Shown: positions 14,206-26,800, numbered from the stretch's first letter. The stretch is DNA of 64,000 nucleotides from Octopus sinensis (GCF_006345805.1 NC_042997.1:173476001-173540000), one strand, 5' to 3'. Translations and numbers: made by a program. Notes: generated by a model not told the origin, from the sequence alone.

Positions 14206-16009
14206 AATATATATTTATATATTTTATCATTTTCTCATTTTATTAAAATTTTCTTTCATTTGAGCATTCTGCTTTTTTAAAAAAATTTTTCCTTACTTAT
14301 CATTTCTCCACGTGCGGTCAACACAACCCCACCATTTATTGATCTATATATATATATATATACTGTTATCCCTCACCACGAAGGACTGCAGGCCCTTCGA
14401 CACTTTCTTGACCTCCGCTCTAACCCTGTACCTGACACCTCCACACTCATTCGTCTGGCCGAACTTGTCCTTACTCTGAACTGCTTCTCGTTCGCAGGCG
14501 AGTTCTACCATCAGGTCTCGGGAGTGGCCATGGGAACACGAATGGGCCCCAACTATGCGAACCTGTTCGTTGGCTATGTTGAGGCCCAAATATTCTCTAA
14601 TTTCACTGGTCCCACTCCTGAACTATATGGTCGTTACATTGACGACATTATCGGTGCCACCTCACTCTCCCGTGAACATCTAGATTCCTTCCTCTCTTTC
14701 GTCCAATCTTTCCATCCAGCCCTCCACTTCACTTCCACTATCTCCAACACCTCTGTCTCTTCCTCGACATTTCGGTTAGCATTCTTCACTCCACTCTTAC
14801 CACCTCCATTCACTACAAACACACAGACTCACACTCATACCTCAACTTCTCTTCCTCCCACCCAGAACACACCAAGCTTTCCATCCCCTATTCCCAATTC
14901 CTCCGTCTACGTAGGCTCTGTAGTGACGACCATGACTTTGAGACTCAGTCTCAACGTATGGCTCACCACTTCACCCTATGTGGATACCCCTCACCACTAT
15001 CCACACCGCCCTTGCCAGAGCACGGTCCGTGACCGTGTATCTGCTCTCTCTCCCCGAACCCGCCTGTAGTCTCCCGCCTCCCTTTTCCCCTCACTTACCA
15101 CCCCACGACCCTACGTCTCCAACGCACCATTCTTCGAGCTTTCCGTCATCTCCAGTCCGACCCGTCCACTTCACACCTCTCTCTAACCGACCCTCCCCTC
15201 TTTCAAACGAGCCCACAACCTTCGAGTCCTTTTGGTCCATAGCTCCTTCCCTGACCCTAACCTCCCAACCCGGCTCGTTTCCCCTGCTCCCGCCCACGTT
15301 GCCGCACTTGCCCTTACCTCTCCAACACCACCCTCCTCACTAGCACCCACCATCGACCCTATCCCATCATCCACTCCTCACACTGCACCTCCAGCAATAT
15401 TATCTATTGCGTCTCTTGCTCTCTCTGCCATTCCCTGTACATCGGACAAACGGGACGCCGCTTGGCTGACGGTTCGCGGAACACCTTCGTGACATCCACC
15501 TTGCGAACGACACACCGGTCTCACGCCATTTCGCTCCACCGGTCACTCCTTGCAACACCTATCTGTGTTCGGTTGTCCTTACACAGAGGCCATCCGGATT
15601 CCCGTTTGCGCCGTGAACAGGAATTAATTAATCTTCTCTCTTCGCTCTTATACGCCATTTGGTCTCAACTCTCACCCCCTCCTCATCTAACCCCCTCTCC
15701 CCCTCCTCACCTATCCTTCCCCCGACCCCTACTTCTTCAGTCCTTCACCCTTTCACCCCTACTCCCCTTCCCTTCTTCCCTCTTTCTCCCTCCCTCCTTC
15801 CGTCTTCCCCTTCCCTCTGCTCCCTCACTCCCCTTCTCTCTCCCCCTCTCCCTCTTTCCTCCTTCCTCCCCCTTCCTTCTCCCCCTCCTCTCCTCTTCCC
15901 CCTCTCCTCCCCCTATTCTTCCCCTCTCCCTCTTCTCCCCCTCCCCCTCTTCTCCTCACTACACCACACGACTTTACACATCACATCATATATGATGTGC
16001 CATACTGAT

Positions 16010-16345
16010 ACATACACCAACTAATACATACTAATACGTACTAATACATACTAATACATACTAATACATACACCAACCCTATACATACACGCGTTCAGAC
16101 CCCTCATACGCACTTATACTCTCTCGTACACACACACACAGACACACTTATACATACTAATACGTACTAATACATACTAATACATACTAATACATACACC
16201 AACCCCATACATACGCACGTCCAGACCTATCCTACGCACTAATACTCTCTCACACACACACCACACACAACACCCTTATACATACTAATACATACTAATA
16301 CATACACAACCCTATACATACACACGTCCAGACCTCTCCTACGCC
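16010..16345 (+). repeat. Nested tandem repeat in the PLE2 3' region: (TACTAATACA)n within ~3 longer units
   Basis: CAACCCTATACATACACGCGT.CAGACC recurs three times. Confidence 0.8.
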
Positions 16346-16521
16346 TTAATAGCTGGTCATTCAACCCTATTATCAACCCTATTATCTCCCCTTATTTCGC
16401 TCTCGCGTCTCATGTTTGATCTTTGACCTCTGGCCGAAATCAGATCGCCATGTTGATTCGTTAGTTACGGCACGCTTTTTTTTCTCTCCTTTTTCTGTGT
16501 TTTTTTTTTTCTCTCTGTGTA

Positions 16522-16559
16522 TCTTTCTGTTGAAGAGCGTAGGCTCGAAACGTTAAAGA
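16522..16559 (+). ncRNA. Minimal type I hammerhead motif, A6>U variant
   Basis: TCTTT-CTGTTGA-A-GAGC-GTAG-GCTC-GAAAC-GT-T-AAAGA; stems I and II perfect, stem III palindrome ACGT, GUU site. Confidence 0.7.
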
Positions 16560-16697
16560 CTTGTTTTATTTATATTTCCTGAGCGCCATACTAACAATGT
16601 TTGTTTGTTTTCCACCTGCCTTCGTCTTTTGTCTATTTTCATAAAGCTTCCCGTTATTATATATATATATATATAATATAAATATATATTATATTCG

Positions 16698-16868
16698 CAG
16701 GAGTAGCTTGCTTACCAACCACATGGTTCCGGGTTCAGTGCCACTGAATGACACTTGGGCAAGTGGCTTCTACTATAACCTTGGGCCGACCAAAGCCTTG
16801 TGAATGGATTTGGTAGATAGACAGCCTAAAAGAAGCTCGTCGTATATATATATATTATATATATCTAT

Positions 16869-16920
<52 letters not shown>

Positions 16921-17100
16921 TATAATATATATTAGATATATATATATATATATATATATGAATATTATGGATGTATGTGTGTGTGTATATACGTCCCCGT
17001 AAGTTAGCGGTTCGGCAAAAGAGACCGATAGAATAAGTACTAGGCTTACAAAAGAATAAGTCCTGGGGTCGTTTTGCTCGACTAAAAGGCGGTGCTCCGG
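16698..17100 (+). mobile_element. SINE family B with expanded internal (TA)n
   Basis: Matches 30078-30468. Confidence 0.85.
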
Positions 17101-17209
17101 GAAAGCCAAAAGAATGAAAGCTGAGAAAGGGATGGGGAGAGAGAGGTTAAGAGTGCACATCATTATTAATATTAAGAACATTCTTACTTAGAAATGGATG
17201 CGTGCGTTC

Positions 17210-17390
17210 CGTCATATAATAAATTAATAAATAAATAAAACATATGCATATATACATACATATATGTACGTACCTACCTCTACATGTATATATACATGCA
17301 TATATGGGTATAGGACACAAAATAAAACGTCGAACACAATGAGAAACAAAAACATAAACACAGAACCAAGGAAATGGACATTTTTATTAT
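17210..17390 (-). repeat. Dispersed repeat homologous to 53400-53590
   Basis: Shared GTAGGTACGTACATATATGTATG...ATGCATAT.TTTTATTTATT and TGTCCT.TAC motifs. Confidence 0.7.
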
Positions 17391-17405
17391 ATATATATAC
17401 ACATA

Positions 17406-17707
17406 TGGAGGCGCAATGGCCCATTGGTTAGGGCAGCGGACTCGCAGTCGTAGGATCGTGGTTTCGATTCCCAGACCGGGCGTTGTGTGTGTTTATTGAG
17501 CGAAAACACCTAAAAGCTCCGCGAAGCTCCGGCAGGGGGTGGTGATCCCTGCTGTACTCTTTCATCACTCTTTCTCTCTTTCTTCTGTTGGCCTGCTCGC
17601 TTAGCCAGCGGGGTGGCGTCGTTCGAAGGCTAAAACAATGCGAACGCATTGTGACCAGCGATGTGTAACAACATCTGATGGTCTGGTCGGTCACGTGATC
17701 ACGTGAT
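17406..17707 (+). mobile_element. tRNA-derived SINE family C, tail type 1
   Basis: GGCGCAATGGCCCA.TGGTTAGGGCAGCGGACTCGC...GGTTTCGATTCCC (A and B boxes); ends GGTCACGTGATCACGTGA. Confidence 0.9.
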
Positions 17708-18534
17708 ATATATATATATACACACATATATATATATGTGTGTATGTGTGTTTGTGTGTGTGAGTGTTCCAAAATAGTACAGATCCGTTCCAAATTAGCA
17801 ATGCGAAACATTTATGATTCATTTCTGGGGACGTATACTTTCATTTTCTATTTAGTTATAGGAGCGAGGACATTACACTTTTGTTACTAGCGCGAGGATT
17901 GGTAACGTTCTTGTTGTTGTTAATATCGATGAATTTATTTAGCGTTGTCATCAGTGTTTATACGAGCAATTGGTTGCATAACTGTTATTTTTTTTTTTAC
18001 ATATGTGTGTGTGTGTATACAGAAGTGTGTATACAGAAGTGTGTATACATGTGCATGCATGTGTTCCTATGTTTTTGTGAATTATTATTTGTTCCTATGT
18101 TTTTGTGAATTATTATTTGATGACGTTCAGAATGATGATGTAACGACCTTTTTAGTGTTTGTTATAAACTTCATTTTCGTTATTCTGATATGCTCACACT
18201 ATCTAGTGAGTTTTAAAGACCATAACGTGATCCAAGCATTCACTGTTCAGGAAATGTCTCTCTCTCTCTTTCTCTCTTATTTTACCATTATTTTTATCCA
18301 GCATTTTTCTGTTAAGCTTGTTTCTCGTTTTCGTTTCGTCGGATAAGAGTAGTTCTAACACGTTTTTATCACATAATTCCAGGTTTCTTAATAATAAACT
18401 TTCACAGACTATAAAGAAAAGGTAGGAAAAAAAATCTGTATGTCGTGCACTCACAAATGGTTACACGTAGCCTGTGAACGTATATATATATGTACATACA
18501 TACATAATAATATATATATATATATATAATATAT

Positions 18535-18579
<45 letters not shown>

Positions 18580-18820
18580 GTATATATATATACATGCATA
18601 CATATATATATACTCACATTTCATATATCATGTGTATATATATATGTATACATATATATATATATATGTATGTATGTATAATATGCATATCAGTTTGTTT
18701 ATGCATGTATGAATGTATGTATATATATATATATACATACATATTACATATATATATACATATATGTACATACATCTATATATATGTACATATGTCTAAA
18801 TATATATATATATTATATAT

Positions 18821-18854
<34 letters not shown>

Positions 18855-19213
18855 ATGCTGTTACTGTAAATGCGTAAAATATGCTGATGACATGTTAAGA
18901 GGAGTAGCAAGAGTGAAATGCAGAAATGCATCTACAATATCTGACAAAATGCAAGATATGGGAGAAAGAAATTAAATATCCAGAATAAACACCCCCCCCC
19001 TACCAAAAAAAAAAAAAAGGATTGCTTTCATGACATTGAGAAACAAAAATTGCAAAAATATTGCTAATGATTTATTGAGAATTTAATGTTAAAACAGGAC
19101 ATAGTGGCAGCCGGTTGAGAAATGCTTTGTTGAATTTAGTTGTGCTCTTATATAATATGAGTTCAAAATACACCGATGTGCAACGGAACGTTTGTCATTC
19201 TGGGCTTGGTGAT

Positions 19214-19363
19214 GCTGTTATGCATTCTGACCCAGGTTGGTCCTCTCATTGGGCAGAATGAGATCAAAGGGGTTCAAGCTATTCTCAGGCTGTTATACAT
19301 TGAGAACCAGATTGGTCCTTCCATTGCGCAGAATGTGATTAAAGAGTTCAAGCTATTCTCAAG
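19214..19363 (+). repeat. Diverged 75-bp tandem duplication
   Basis: GCTGTTAT.CATT...TTGGTCCT...CAGAATG...GTTCAAGCTATTCTCA occurs twice. Confidence 0.8.
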
Positions 19364-19829
19364 CAGTCTTTTCGTAAAATATAGTGCATCTAGAGCTATG
19401 ATCTATTATAATTTTACTTTCTTTAAAATAATGAAGTGATTCTTATGGAGACTGCACTGTTATTTCTAGCTTGTCATTAGTTCTGGAATTGATAAAAGGA
19501 AAGATCAAGTAATGATTTAATACACTGCGGTCAGTACGTAAACTGAACAGCACAAATCGACATACCTAGTTTTTTTATACCGGTTTCAGTCATTGGCTGG
19601 AATGCTGAGACATTGCGTTCAAGGGTTTAATAATCTTTAATAATTATTACTAATTCAAAATAAATTCATAATTTTATGAAAATGTTGGACGACATTGAGT
19701 AGTCATAGGTTCCTTGATGTAGACTCCTTACAACACTCTCTCAGAGATGTTTTTAAGTTGAAGTTAACCAGCATATCTTTTGTCATACGGTGGAAAGTGC
19801 GTGCTAACGATTCTACCACCTAGCCGATT

Positions 19830-19867
<38 letters not shown>

Positions 19868-20394
19868 ATACTAGCTAATATATAAGTACTCATACATACA
19901 TACACATACATAAATATATAAATACATACATACATAAATAAATAAATACATACATACATACATAAATAAATAAATACATACATACATACATAAATACATA
20001 CATACATACATACATACATGCATGCATACATACATACATACATACATACATACATACATACATACATACATACATACATACATACATAGAATGCTATCTG
20101 CAGGTTAGCTCGTACCTCAAAGGTACGTATTGGTGGAGCACTCTAATGAAAAATGGATACCTGCTGCCGGTGCGGCCCTCATACCCTCCAGTTGTCACAG
20201 CCTTGATATTCTACCAAGTAAAAAAACACGAAGGGCCGAAAGAGTGTCCTTGTCTGCTCACACCTACATAGGTGTCTACGAAAGTTAGTGAATGTATTGT
20301 ACATGCGACTTAGTCATACTGGCTTGCCAATAGTGGCTATATTGCATGATTCGACAAATATGTATTTATATGTACATATATATCTATACATCAA

Positions 20395-20810
20395 GGCAGC
20401 GAGCTGGCAGAAACGTTAGCACGCCGGGCGAAATGCATAGCCGTATTTCGTCTGCCGCTACGTTCTGAGTTCAAATTCCGTCGAGGTCGACTTTGCCTTT
20501 CATCCTTTCGGGGTCGATTAAATAAGTACCAGTTACGCACTAGAGTCGATACAATCGACTTAATCCGTTTGTTTGTCTTTGTTTGTCCCTTCTGTGTTTA
20601 AGTCCCTTGTGGGTTGTAAAGAAAAAAAGTATTTCGTCTGCTGTTACGTTCTGAGTTGAATTTCCGCCGAGGTCGACTTTGCCTTTCATCCTTTCGGGGT
20701 CGATAAATTAAGTACCAGTCACGCACTGGGGTCGATGTAGTAGACTTAATCCTTTTGTCTGTCCTTGTTTGTCTCCTCTATGTTTAGCCCCTTGTGGGCA
20801 ATAAAGAAAT
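20395..20810 (+). mobile_element. SINE family A dimer (full unit plus unit starting at GTATTTCGTC)
   Basis: Second unit starts at 20629, 186 bp after the same motif at 20443. Confidence 0.9.
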
Positions 20811-22338
20811 AGAAATTATATATCTATACATGTATATTTCTTTTATTCTTTTATTTGTTTTAATCAGTTGACTGCGGCTTTGCTGGAGCACGGTGTAAAG
20901 TTGAGATATGTTCGAAAATTTTGTTATTCAGGATTGGGTTGCAGTGACAGATGTGGAGTTTTTCTGTGAGATGCAAGTGATATAACCAGATCAGTTCCTT
21001 AAGCGCAGGCACTATCTCTATAATTACCCTTATATTGAGATATAATGAAATATTTCTATTTACGGCACATAATTATAACAGACTGTGCACATTTCTAACA
21101 TAGGGGTGTATTGAGCATTTTTGTGCCTTTGTACGACAAGGAAACAAATACAAATAACCCCAATATATTTATGTAAGAACTGTAACTGATAAACACAGAT
21201 TATAGAATTAAGGGTATTTAATTCATGCTCATTGCTTTTTAACTGAAAGGACGACATTGAAATGTTTCTCATATTTTGGTAACCTGGAGTGTATCACGTG
21301 GTGTTAACATGTCATATTTACTCCACATTCACATAGATTCTCCTCTCTATTTATCAACTTAATATCTTTATATTAAGTAAATATTAAATGAGGAAACCTT
21401 TCTCTTGGCCACATATATAATCATAATTGATAACGTAATCATAACTGACGCTATGACAATAACGTTTATCATATATATCAAATTTTCGCTTGTAGAATAC
21501 ACATAATCCCACAACTACTATAAGAAGCATTGTATGGTATAATCCAGACTTTAGTTTAATTCTATATTCACATATTACCAGAGACTTCTAAAGTTTAATC
21601 ACTTTACCAGAGACTTCTAAAATTTAATCACTTTTCATTGCAAAATCAATTAGGCTAAATAATTCTTATAAAAATTTCTAAGTTCCATTAACAATCTTAA
21701 TTCTAGAAAACTTCCCAACAACAACAACAATATATACAGTCTTCTAGTTTTAACTGAATTAGTTCAAACAATTACTCCCTTATAATAATTTTCTTTCGAA
21801 AACGGTACTGCTTGACTGGAAATTGTCATAAAGTTCACTTTTATCAACGGAGTAACTTATTATTCCAGGGGCCTTACCAAACCCGCCTGGTTTGCAAAAT
21901 AGAATCGGTGGCGATTAGAATCCCAAGACCAGTTTTCAGTCGAGCTAACCCATAAGTGCAATGAAATTTTAATTCAAATTTTCACTGTAAACTCTTCTTA
22001 AACGAGAAGTTATTTATGATATTTCAAAACGATTGCCAAAACGAATAATCTCAGACTTTATATTATGATGCAGACACACCACCAAGTAGTTACTTAGCAA
22101 TTATGTAATGTCAAATTGCTAGCAGTAACAATGATATTTATTTCAAATACCTGAAAATTCAGAAAGTTTGGAACAATGTGACCAACGATCATGAGTACTG
22201 TAAACACACCTAAATGTTTTGATCTTGTTTAAAGATTTAGTCCGCAAGTGTCACTATGGCCTGCTTTTTATTATATATATATAATAATATATATATATAT
22301 ATATAGATATATCTATTATAATATATATATATATATAA

Positions 22339-22394
<56 letters not shown>

Positions 22395-22605
22395 TTATAT
22401 AATATATATATATATGTGTATGAATAAAAAATGGAGTTAACGCAGGTGTAATCAAATATTTTTACTTTCGACACATGTTTCGAAAATTCCACTGATACTA
22501 TTCAAAAGAATAAATGGTTAAAACACCTTTACTTGTGAGATTTTTGCTGCCCTGGTAACTATTTTTTTTTTCCGTGTTAATTGTTAACAAGGTAAAAATA
22601 CTCTC

Positions 22606-22715
<110 letters not shown>

Positions 22716-22741
22716 CGAGAGAGAGAGAGAGTAAGAGGGTT

Positions 22742-23352
22742 TAGTTCACTGATGATCTAAACCAGTTGGTATGCTGCATAAGTGTTATAATTGGTTATCC
22801 AGTAGTTTCCAAGTTCGCAGCTGAGGCTGGGGCTAGGGATCCGTAGAATGCTTCTGAGATACCAAGTATATATTAGAGGAAAAAGGGCAACAAAATTTCA
22901 AGGTAGGACGGGTATCTCAAATCATTTAGAATATGTAATTAGAGTAAGGTGAATCAAAAATGGAGAAGTAGATGTAATAATGTCTTATAGCTGTATCTGG
23001 GATATCCCACGTGGTGGATCAACACCCCCCATATACTGTCTCTGATGACGGAATACCCAGCGTATGGGATGTTAAACCACCACTTGGAATATCCCGGAAA
23101 CAGCTATAAGACATTAATTCCTTCTAATCCTCCATTTTTGATTCACCTTACTCTAATTACCTATTCTAAATGATTTGAGATACCCGTCCTACCTTGATTT
23201 TTGTTGCCCTTTTCCCTCTAATATATACATGCTAACTCGGAAGCCTACTACTAATCCCTAGCCCCAGGCTCATCTGTGAACATGGAACCTAACGGTTGAC
23301 CACTTATAGCACTTACGCAGTGTCCCTAGTGGTTTAGATCATCAGTGAACTA
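22742..23352. repeat. ~610-bp imperfect fold-back with a hammerhead motif starting in its loop
   Basis: Arm 22742-23036 is complementary to 23062-23352; flanked by (AG)n and (TCTA)n. Confidence 0.92.
23037..23113 (+). ncRNA. Type I hammerhead motif with extended stem II
   Basis: TGTCT-CTGATGA-CGGAATA...TATCCCG-GAAACAGCT-AT-A-AGACA; stem I TGTCT/AGACA; C15.2/A16.2 mismatch. Confidence 0.7.
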
Positions 23353-23364
23353 CTCCCCTCATAT

Positions 23365-23426
<62 letters not shown>

Positions 23427-23428
23427 AG

Positions 23429-23468
<40 letters not shown>

Positions 23469-23503
23469 CAGATATATCTATATCTATATCTATATCTATA
23501 TAT

Positions 23504-23534
<31 letters not shown>

Positions 23535-23961
23535 GTGTGTGTGTGTGTGTTGTGTGTTGTATGTATGTATATATGGCTAGGCAAGTAGGCCATGCTGACA
23601 AAATACATATATATTATTAATATAGGCATTTTAAAAACACTTTATTGTTTTGTGTAATATACTCTAATCTCTACCATTCCAAGTTCAGCCACTCACCCTT
23701 TTTCAATCAACGGTTATATCGTTATCCTATAAGATTCCGTTATTCCGTGTGATCAAATCCTCGTCTGCGAAAATATTCAAATATTTTTAATGTATATTCA
23801 TTATATAACGTATCTTATGTTCCATTTTGCATAATCATCCGAACACTGACATCGAGAAATTTATAGTAATAATTTATAATAATAATAATAATTTATATAG
23901 TAATAATGTTCAATCCTAGCTTACAATACAGTGTATGTGTATGTGCGTGCGTGTGACCGTA

Positions 23962-24016
<55 letters not shown>

Positions 24017-24124
24017 TTAAGTGTTTCTTCGCATATTTTGAAATATCTTTATTTACAGAAAATAGTGCTAAATGGCAAATGCCAGCAAAGTGTAATAATA
24101 TATAGTATAATTTTTTTGTACTCT

Positions 24125-24296
24125 AGAGACAAGGCCCGAAATTTTTTTTTGGGGGGGCCAGTCGATTAGATCGACCCCAGTACGCAACCGGTACTTAATT
24201 TATCGACCCCGAAAGGATGAACGGCAAAATCGACCACTGCAGAATGCCGCTAAGCATTTCGTCCGGCGTGCTAACGTTTATGTCAGCTCGCCGTCT
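24125..24296 (-). mobile_element. SINE family A, older subfamily, internally deleted
   Basis: Core and head motifs present. Confidence 0.8.
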
Positions 24297-25367
24297 TATA
24301 CTATATAGTATGACACTATGAAAAAGAACATATCTTAAAATCTAACATGCATATTAAAACAACTTCAAATCTTAATATACCTCAGCCTTACCTCCTAAGT
24401 TTCGAAAGACATCTCAATTAGTGAAAGATATATACCTAAACGGTGCGTGTATGCTTATATATATGTGTGTTTTCCAACAAAAATTACAGAAGTGATAATT
24501 GAAAAAGCAGTGTTACAATTAATTTCCTCAAATCGTTTGTCACAAAAACATAAACACGACTGGGTTTACTATATGTATTGCATGTTACATCTATACACAT
24601 AACAAAAATGCATACTAGGATTTATAATACAGTATACTAAACGATTCTTAGAGCTTCATAATTTCAGAGATATTTCATAATGTCTTACAGCATAGAAGAA
24701 AAAGTGCTGAATTCCAGCTGCATTGTATAATGGCATATTTTGTTATGCAATCAAGTAGTAAGTATACATGCATTCAAAACACTAACTCCTTAACATACGC
24801 AAATAAAAATGAATATAAATCTTGGTTCATCTCAGTTCGGTAAAATAAATGGCGATGCAGGCTTTTTCGTCTATTATCGCGAAGTCATAATATCCATATG
24901 ACTTTCAGTCTTTGTATTGTCCAAGATTGGTATTGATGTTAGTATAAATTTGAGATAAAGATTCTTATATATTGTAATCTGTATACCAATTATTATTTCC
25001 AATGTTTTCAGTTGGCTTTTATAACAATATACTCTTGCGCTCTGCAATCTAAATGGCACTAAAGACAATTTTTTTTTTGTTTTTTCAATTAATATAACAA
25101 TATTTGAAAATGTTTTTTTTTTCATATTCTTTTATAATTTTATTTGTTTCAGCTACCATAGGTTACCAGCTTGAAGAGTTTAGTCGAAGAAATCAACCCC
25201 AGTGCTGCCATTTCTTTAAATGTGTAAATTATTGTCATCTCTCTTTGCAGCATAACTTACATTACGAGAATATGAACAAAACGACGTCGGATGTCAGGTA
25301 GTGGAAGAAAAACGCACAGACACGCACAAATGCACATATATATGTGTGTGCATACATACATAATACA

Positions 25368-26270
25368 TAATACATACATATATACTTACGTGCATACATG
25401 CATACGTGCATACCTATGGTAGAATGCGAGGAACCGATGCAGTATGGGTCGAAACGATCGTTGTGATTAATAATCTTGTGAATTCCTTTTTCTCTTTCTT
25501 TCATTTGTTATATACACACATATATGAATACATGAATACGTACATACATACATACATATATACTTACGTGCATACATACATACGTGCATACATATGGTAG
25601 AATGCGAGGAACCGATGCAGTATGGGTCGAAACGATCGTTGTGATTAATAATCTTGTGAATACCTTTTTCTCTTTCTTTCATTTGTTATATACACACATA
25701 TATGAATACATGAATACGTATTTACATACATACATATATACTTACGTGCATACATGCATACGTGCATACCTATGGTAGAATGCGAGGAACCGATGCAGTA
25801 TGGGTCGAAACGATCGTTGTGATTAATAATCTTGTGAATTCCTTTTTCTCTTTCTTTCATTTGTTATATACACACATATATGAATACATGAATACGTACA
25901 TACATACATACATATATACTTACGTGCATACATACATACGTGCATACATATGGTAGAATGCGAGGAACCGATGCAGTATGGGTCGAAACGATCGTTGTGA
26001 TTAATAATCTTGTGAATACCTTTTTCTCTTTCTTTCATTTGTTATATACACACATATATGAATACATGAATACGTACATACATACATACATATATACTTA
26101 CGTGCATACATACATACGTGCATACATATGGTAGAATGCGAGGAACCGAAGCAGTATGGGTCGAAACGATCGTTGTGATTAATAATCTTGTGAATACCTT
26201 TTTTCCTCTTTCTTTCATTTGTTATATACACACATATATGAATACATGAATACGTACATACATACATTCA
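25368..26270 (+). repeat. Tandem array of five 178-bp units
   Basis: GGTAGAATGCGAGGAACCGA recurs at 178-bp spacing; A/B/A/B/B variant pattern. Confidence 0.95.
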
Positions 26271-26580
26271 TGAATACACCTAGAGATTTGTTCGTATGTC
26301 TTCCAAATTCACTCACCTGGCATTGGGCGGTCAGGTGTTATATTGCACGATATTTGGTCAAAATGCCACTTAATTCATGATTCTTGAGATAATCTCATCT
26401 TATGCGTTCTGTCCTTATGCGTTTGTAGACGTTTGTTTACTTTCTCTGAAAGGGATGACAATTTCAATAACTCAAATATTAATTTTGTACCTTATATAGT
26501 GTACGTTAATTTGTCACCAATCTGCGTACGTCCTCAGCTCATTTTTCTCATACAGATACACACATCGCATATATATGCCA

Positions 26581-26800
26581 GGCGGCGAGCTGGCAGAAAC
26601 GTTAGCGCGCCGGGCGAAATGCTTAGCGGTATTTCGTCTGCCGTTACGTTGTGAGTTCAAATTCCGCCGAGGTCGACTTTGCCTTTCATCCTTTCGGGGT
26701 CGATAAATAAAGTACCAGTTTCGTACTGGGGTCGATGTAATCGACTTAGTCCCTTGTTTGTCCCCTCTATGTTTAGCCCCTTGTGGGCAGTAAAGAAATA
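26581..26800 (+). mobile_element. SINE family A
   Basis: Full-length match to other copies. Confidence 0.9.

Larger units (their letters stand above)
12061..14345 (+). mobile_element. Penelope-like element 1 (Neptune-type), 5'-truncated
   Basis: RT motifs LLVSFDVINLYTNIP, GIAMGTKAAPVLANL and RYLDD; Cys linker CARSNCGTC; GIY-YIG NLIYVLTCAGCQHNYVGQT; 3' non-coding region with an HHR motif. Confidence 0.95.
14364..16655 (+). mobile_element. Penelope-like element 2 (Neptune-type, C-rich), 5'-truncated and frameshifted
   Basis: GVAMGTRMGPNYANLF and RYIDD RT motifs; CSRPRCRTCPY linker; NIIYCVSCSLCHSLYIGQTGR GIY-YIG at ~15396-15460; pyrimidine tract 15670-15960; HHR motif at the 3' end. Confidence 0.92.

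Noticed and set aside
17406-17480. tRNA-like sequence (also 39869 and 62815)
   Set aside because: SINE heads continuous with SINE bodies, with TSDs at 39866 and 62812; no complete acceptor stem.
20140-20250. CTAATGA...GAAA with CACTCT/AGAGTG complementarity
   Set aside because: Helix order does not fit a hammerhead topology.
25368-26270. CRISPR-like periodicity and repeated 64-71 aa ORFs
   Set aside because: Whole units are repeated with no unique spacers or cas genes; eukaryotic context; the ORFs are by-products of the repeat.
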